A stretch of DNA of 64,000 nt from a virus. Of this stretch, positions 61,691 to 64,000 are shown piece by piece. The translations under genes were made by a program, and so were the position numbers. The stretch spans positions 6,270 to 70,269 of IMG/VR virus record IMGVR_UViG_3300032214_000801. One strand, written 5' to 3'. The notes beneath the pieces are model-generated. The model searched no databases and was not told where the DNA came from. It was given only the letters and a program-made list of their open reading frames with translations. The stretch's first letter is position 1, and the number at the start of each line of letters is the position of its first letter.

Positions 61691-61720
61691 AAAAAAAGAG
61701 AGGCATTTCTGCCTCTCTTC
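61691..61720 (-). terminator. Rho-independent terminator
   Basis: AAGAGAGGCA-TTTC-TGCCTCTCTT hairpin plus a U-tract on the minus strand. Confidence 0.85.
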
Positions 61721-61721
61721 T

Positions 61722-61886
61722 TCAACCTCCCTTTTCCCTCAGACTTCGCACAAGATACTCAGTAAAAGTTTCCATTTTTTCTGGAACAACTTGAGCAATG
61801 TCATGATTGATTGCATTCTTAAGGGCAACCATTTCATTAAACTCCGAGTCGGTGAGTTTATCGGTGTTTTTTGATGGAAGAGTCAT
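61722..61886 (-). CDS. Small hypothetical protein
   Basis: Manual ORF MTLPSKNTDKLTDSEFNEMVALKNAINHDIAQVVPEKMETFTEYLVRSLREKGG, ending at the terminator. Confidence 0.65.
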   Translation of the reverse strand: MTLPSKNTDKLTDSEFNEMVALKNAINHDIAQVVPEKMETFTEYLVRSLREKGG

Positions 61887-62161
61887 AATTTTCAGGTATT
61901 GTGTTGCTATCCTAACATCTTATCTATCAAAGTGGGGACTTCTTAAGAATGTCTTTGGATTTGAATATTAAAACTCACTTCTCCTTCTAGGGATTTTCAT
62001 CTCGGTTTTGTAAAAACAATAATCTGGCAGACTTACCTTTTGTTCATTAAAATAAGTACAAAGCATTGCAACATCTGGTGGATACTTGTGCGATCTCATA
62101 TTGTCATGCAAAGTATTAAAATGGCAAAAGATATTATATCCACATATGACAATTTCAAACA

Positions 62162-62659
62162 TTAACAGTCATCCATTCCCAGTGGTTGTGATACCTTACG
62201 CAGAAGATAAGAACCATCACCATGTTCAACCCACTCCACTTGATCTCCTTCTTTCAGATTTGCTGCATCTAGAAGATCATCAGGAAACTCAACATAACAA
62301 TCGCCAGTTAGTCCATCAAGTTGAACAGGAAGAGACCACTTTACAACTTTATCTTTGCTGGGAGAATATTCTAAATCACTATGTCCCCAAGGTGGCATAG
62401 AAGGTTCATAATATTCCCTTTCACTCATTACATCATCATACAAATCATCAAAATTTACAGGACGATGACCATTTAGAAGTTCAAGAAGTTCAGAACATCG
62501 TTCTGTATGACTTTTGTAAATATAATATTCTTCTTGAATCACTTCCTTAATTACATCATAAATTTCCTGCGGTGTTGCTTCGCTACAGGAAATTGCATCG
62601 TGCAACCAATTCTCTAGATTTTCAAGAGAATATTTTTTATAATCAAAGTCCATAATCAA
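62162..62659 (-). CDS. Protein with C-terminal AbrB/MazE-type DNA-binding domain
   Basis: YVEFPDDLLDAANLKEGDQVEW...YLLRK swapped-hairpin signature. Confidence 0.7.
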   Translation of the reverse strand: MIMDFDYKKYSLENLENWLHDAISCSEATPQEIYDVIKEVIQEEYYIYKSHTERCSELLELLNGHRPVNFDDLYDDVMSEREYYEPSMPPWGHSDLEYSPSKDKVVKWSLPVQLDGLTGDCYVEFPDDLLDAANLKEGDQVEWVEHGDGSYLLRKVSQPLGMDDC

Positions 62660-62767
62660 TCTCTGGGTTTTGGTTTAGAACATTCAAGACAGTAGTAAGA
62701 GAAACCACTGCGGAAGAATTTTACCACTTGAAAGTGGTTATTGTCAAGTGGTTTCTCTTCACCACAA

Positions 62768-62977
62768 TTAGAGCACTTTCGTAGTTCCGATGCCTGAGTT
62801 TCCCCAGATGCGTCTTTCTTTTTTACGGAGTTTCTTAAGTTCTCGGTAAAGTTCCTTGATTTGTTGATAAGCATCTTCTGGTGAGATTTTATCCGCAATT
62901 TCAAGTCCTGCAATGAGTCCAACTTTATCACCAAATCTTGCGAGTGCTCTTTCATATTCAGTAAGGTTTTCATACAT
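62768..62977 (-). CDS. Small helical protein resembling a conserved cyanobacterial family
   Basis: LE..DKISPEDAYQQIKELYRELKK pattern, recognised from memory. Confidence 0.6.
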   Translation of the reverse strand: MYENLTEYERALARFGDKVGLIAGLEIADKISPEDAYQQIKELYRELKKLRKKERRIWGNSGIGTTKVL

Positions 62978-63900
62978 TAGAGATGCTCCACAGTATAATC
63001 GGAATTATCATCAAAGTTTAGCACTGGAGTAGAAAGCATGTCAATCCTTGCCTCTAATGAGTTAGAGATTTCATACATTGCATTGATGCTGGAAATATTT
63101 TCTCTTTCCAGTTCTTCGATTCTACTAAGATTGATAATATTATCCCTTTCAAGAGTTTCAATTCTTTCTTTAAGTTGATTGATTTTATCAACAATGCACT
63201 CTTGATTGTCGTTTACTTGATAATGTCTTAGAAAGTCATCAATCCATCTAAACATCAGATTAGCCCCACTTCTTTTAGATATTCTCTATATCGCATAAAT
63301 CCCCCAAGACGAACTGGACGATTTAAACTCCAGCAACATTGTTGATAGGAATTAAACTCAAACCACGGAGTTGTCGGATCCAGTGTTGGGAACTGGTTGT
63401 TGCTCGTGTAGCTGTTTAATTGCTTCCAAAACTTCAGGTGTTTCATCCCATTCAAAAATTGTGCCAGATTTGGTTTCATATGTACGGATAGTCATAGTTT
63501 TTTAAAACAAACAGAGTTAAATTTGCCATAAACTCCTCTTAGATAGAGTTTAGTGTGCCAGGTATGGACTTCTACCTTTTCAATGTAATAGACTGCACCT
63601 TCTATAAGAAGTTTGGATGGATCATCATTACTTCCCCAATTATTTTGTTCAGGTGAGCATTCAAGATAAATTACCCTATCACCTTTGTTAAAGTTTGCCA
63701 TCTACAATAGAAGAATAAGTCACTCCACTATCATTTATAGAACCTTCTTGTTTCCATTTTAAATAGCATCTTGTAGCCCTGACACATTCTTCTTCAGTCA
63801 ATGAGGTGATGATGTTAGTGCCATCTTCATAGTGAGATTGCCAAGTTCCCCAGCGTTTTTGCTCCACATAGAAGCAATCATCAATCAGTTGTTTTTTCAT
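62977..63900 (-). CDS. Four small hypothetical ORFs (63688-63900, 63492-63701, 63255-63479, 62977-63255)
   Basis: ORF track; tightly packed on the coding strand. Confidence 0.65.
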
Positions 63901-64000
63901 TCATTAAACTCAATTGGCGTTCAAATTCATATTTTAGTGGTAGGAGATGAGAAGACATAAACCCCTCATACATATTGCCTTCTACAAGTTTAGCAATATT

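Noticed and set aside
1529-62400. Plus-strand ORFs in the track (e.g. 1954-2406, 45150-45641, 51582-52124, 58803-59426)
   Set aside because: Antisense shadows of well-supported minus-strand genes, with no recognisable motifs.
61968-62659. MazEF-like toxin-antitoxin pair
   Set aside because: The AbrB-like domain is C-terminal in a longer protein, and the downstream 64-aa ORF has no toxin motifs.

Overview
A 64 kb segment of a large T4-like cyanomyovirus (Kyanoviridae-type) genome; essentially all real genes are on the minus strand. 1-42.2 kb is the late virion morphogenesis module: gp23 (runs off the window), gp22, gp21, gp20, gp19, gp18, gp17, a 674-aa modular insert, gp16, gp15, gp14, gp13, a DUF4815-type giant protein, gp8, a gp9/gp10-like protein, gp7, gp6 and gp25, with T4 late promoters (ATAAATA). 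42.2-44.6 kb holds ATP-grasp-like and glycosyltransferase-like genes. 44.6-46.3 kb is mostly non-coding and has divergent sigma70 promoters, a G-tract, 19-bp tandem repeats and an AT-rich block (origin-like). 45.2-64 kb is an early/accessory region of small ORFs, punctuated by 12 copies of a palindromic promoter element. It includes a candidate complete type II restriction-modification pair, an SF2 helicase, an RNA-ligase-like protein and late-expressed candidate internal head proteins. Best leads: a candidate gp21-processed polyprotein, the R-M cassette, the origin-like locus with an antisense promoter, promoter-bounded gene cassettes, and an unannotated NblA-like ORF. All homology calls are from motif recognition by eye, not database searches.
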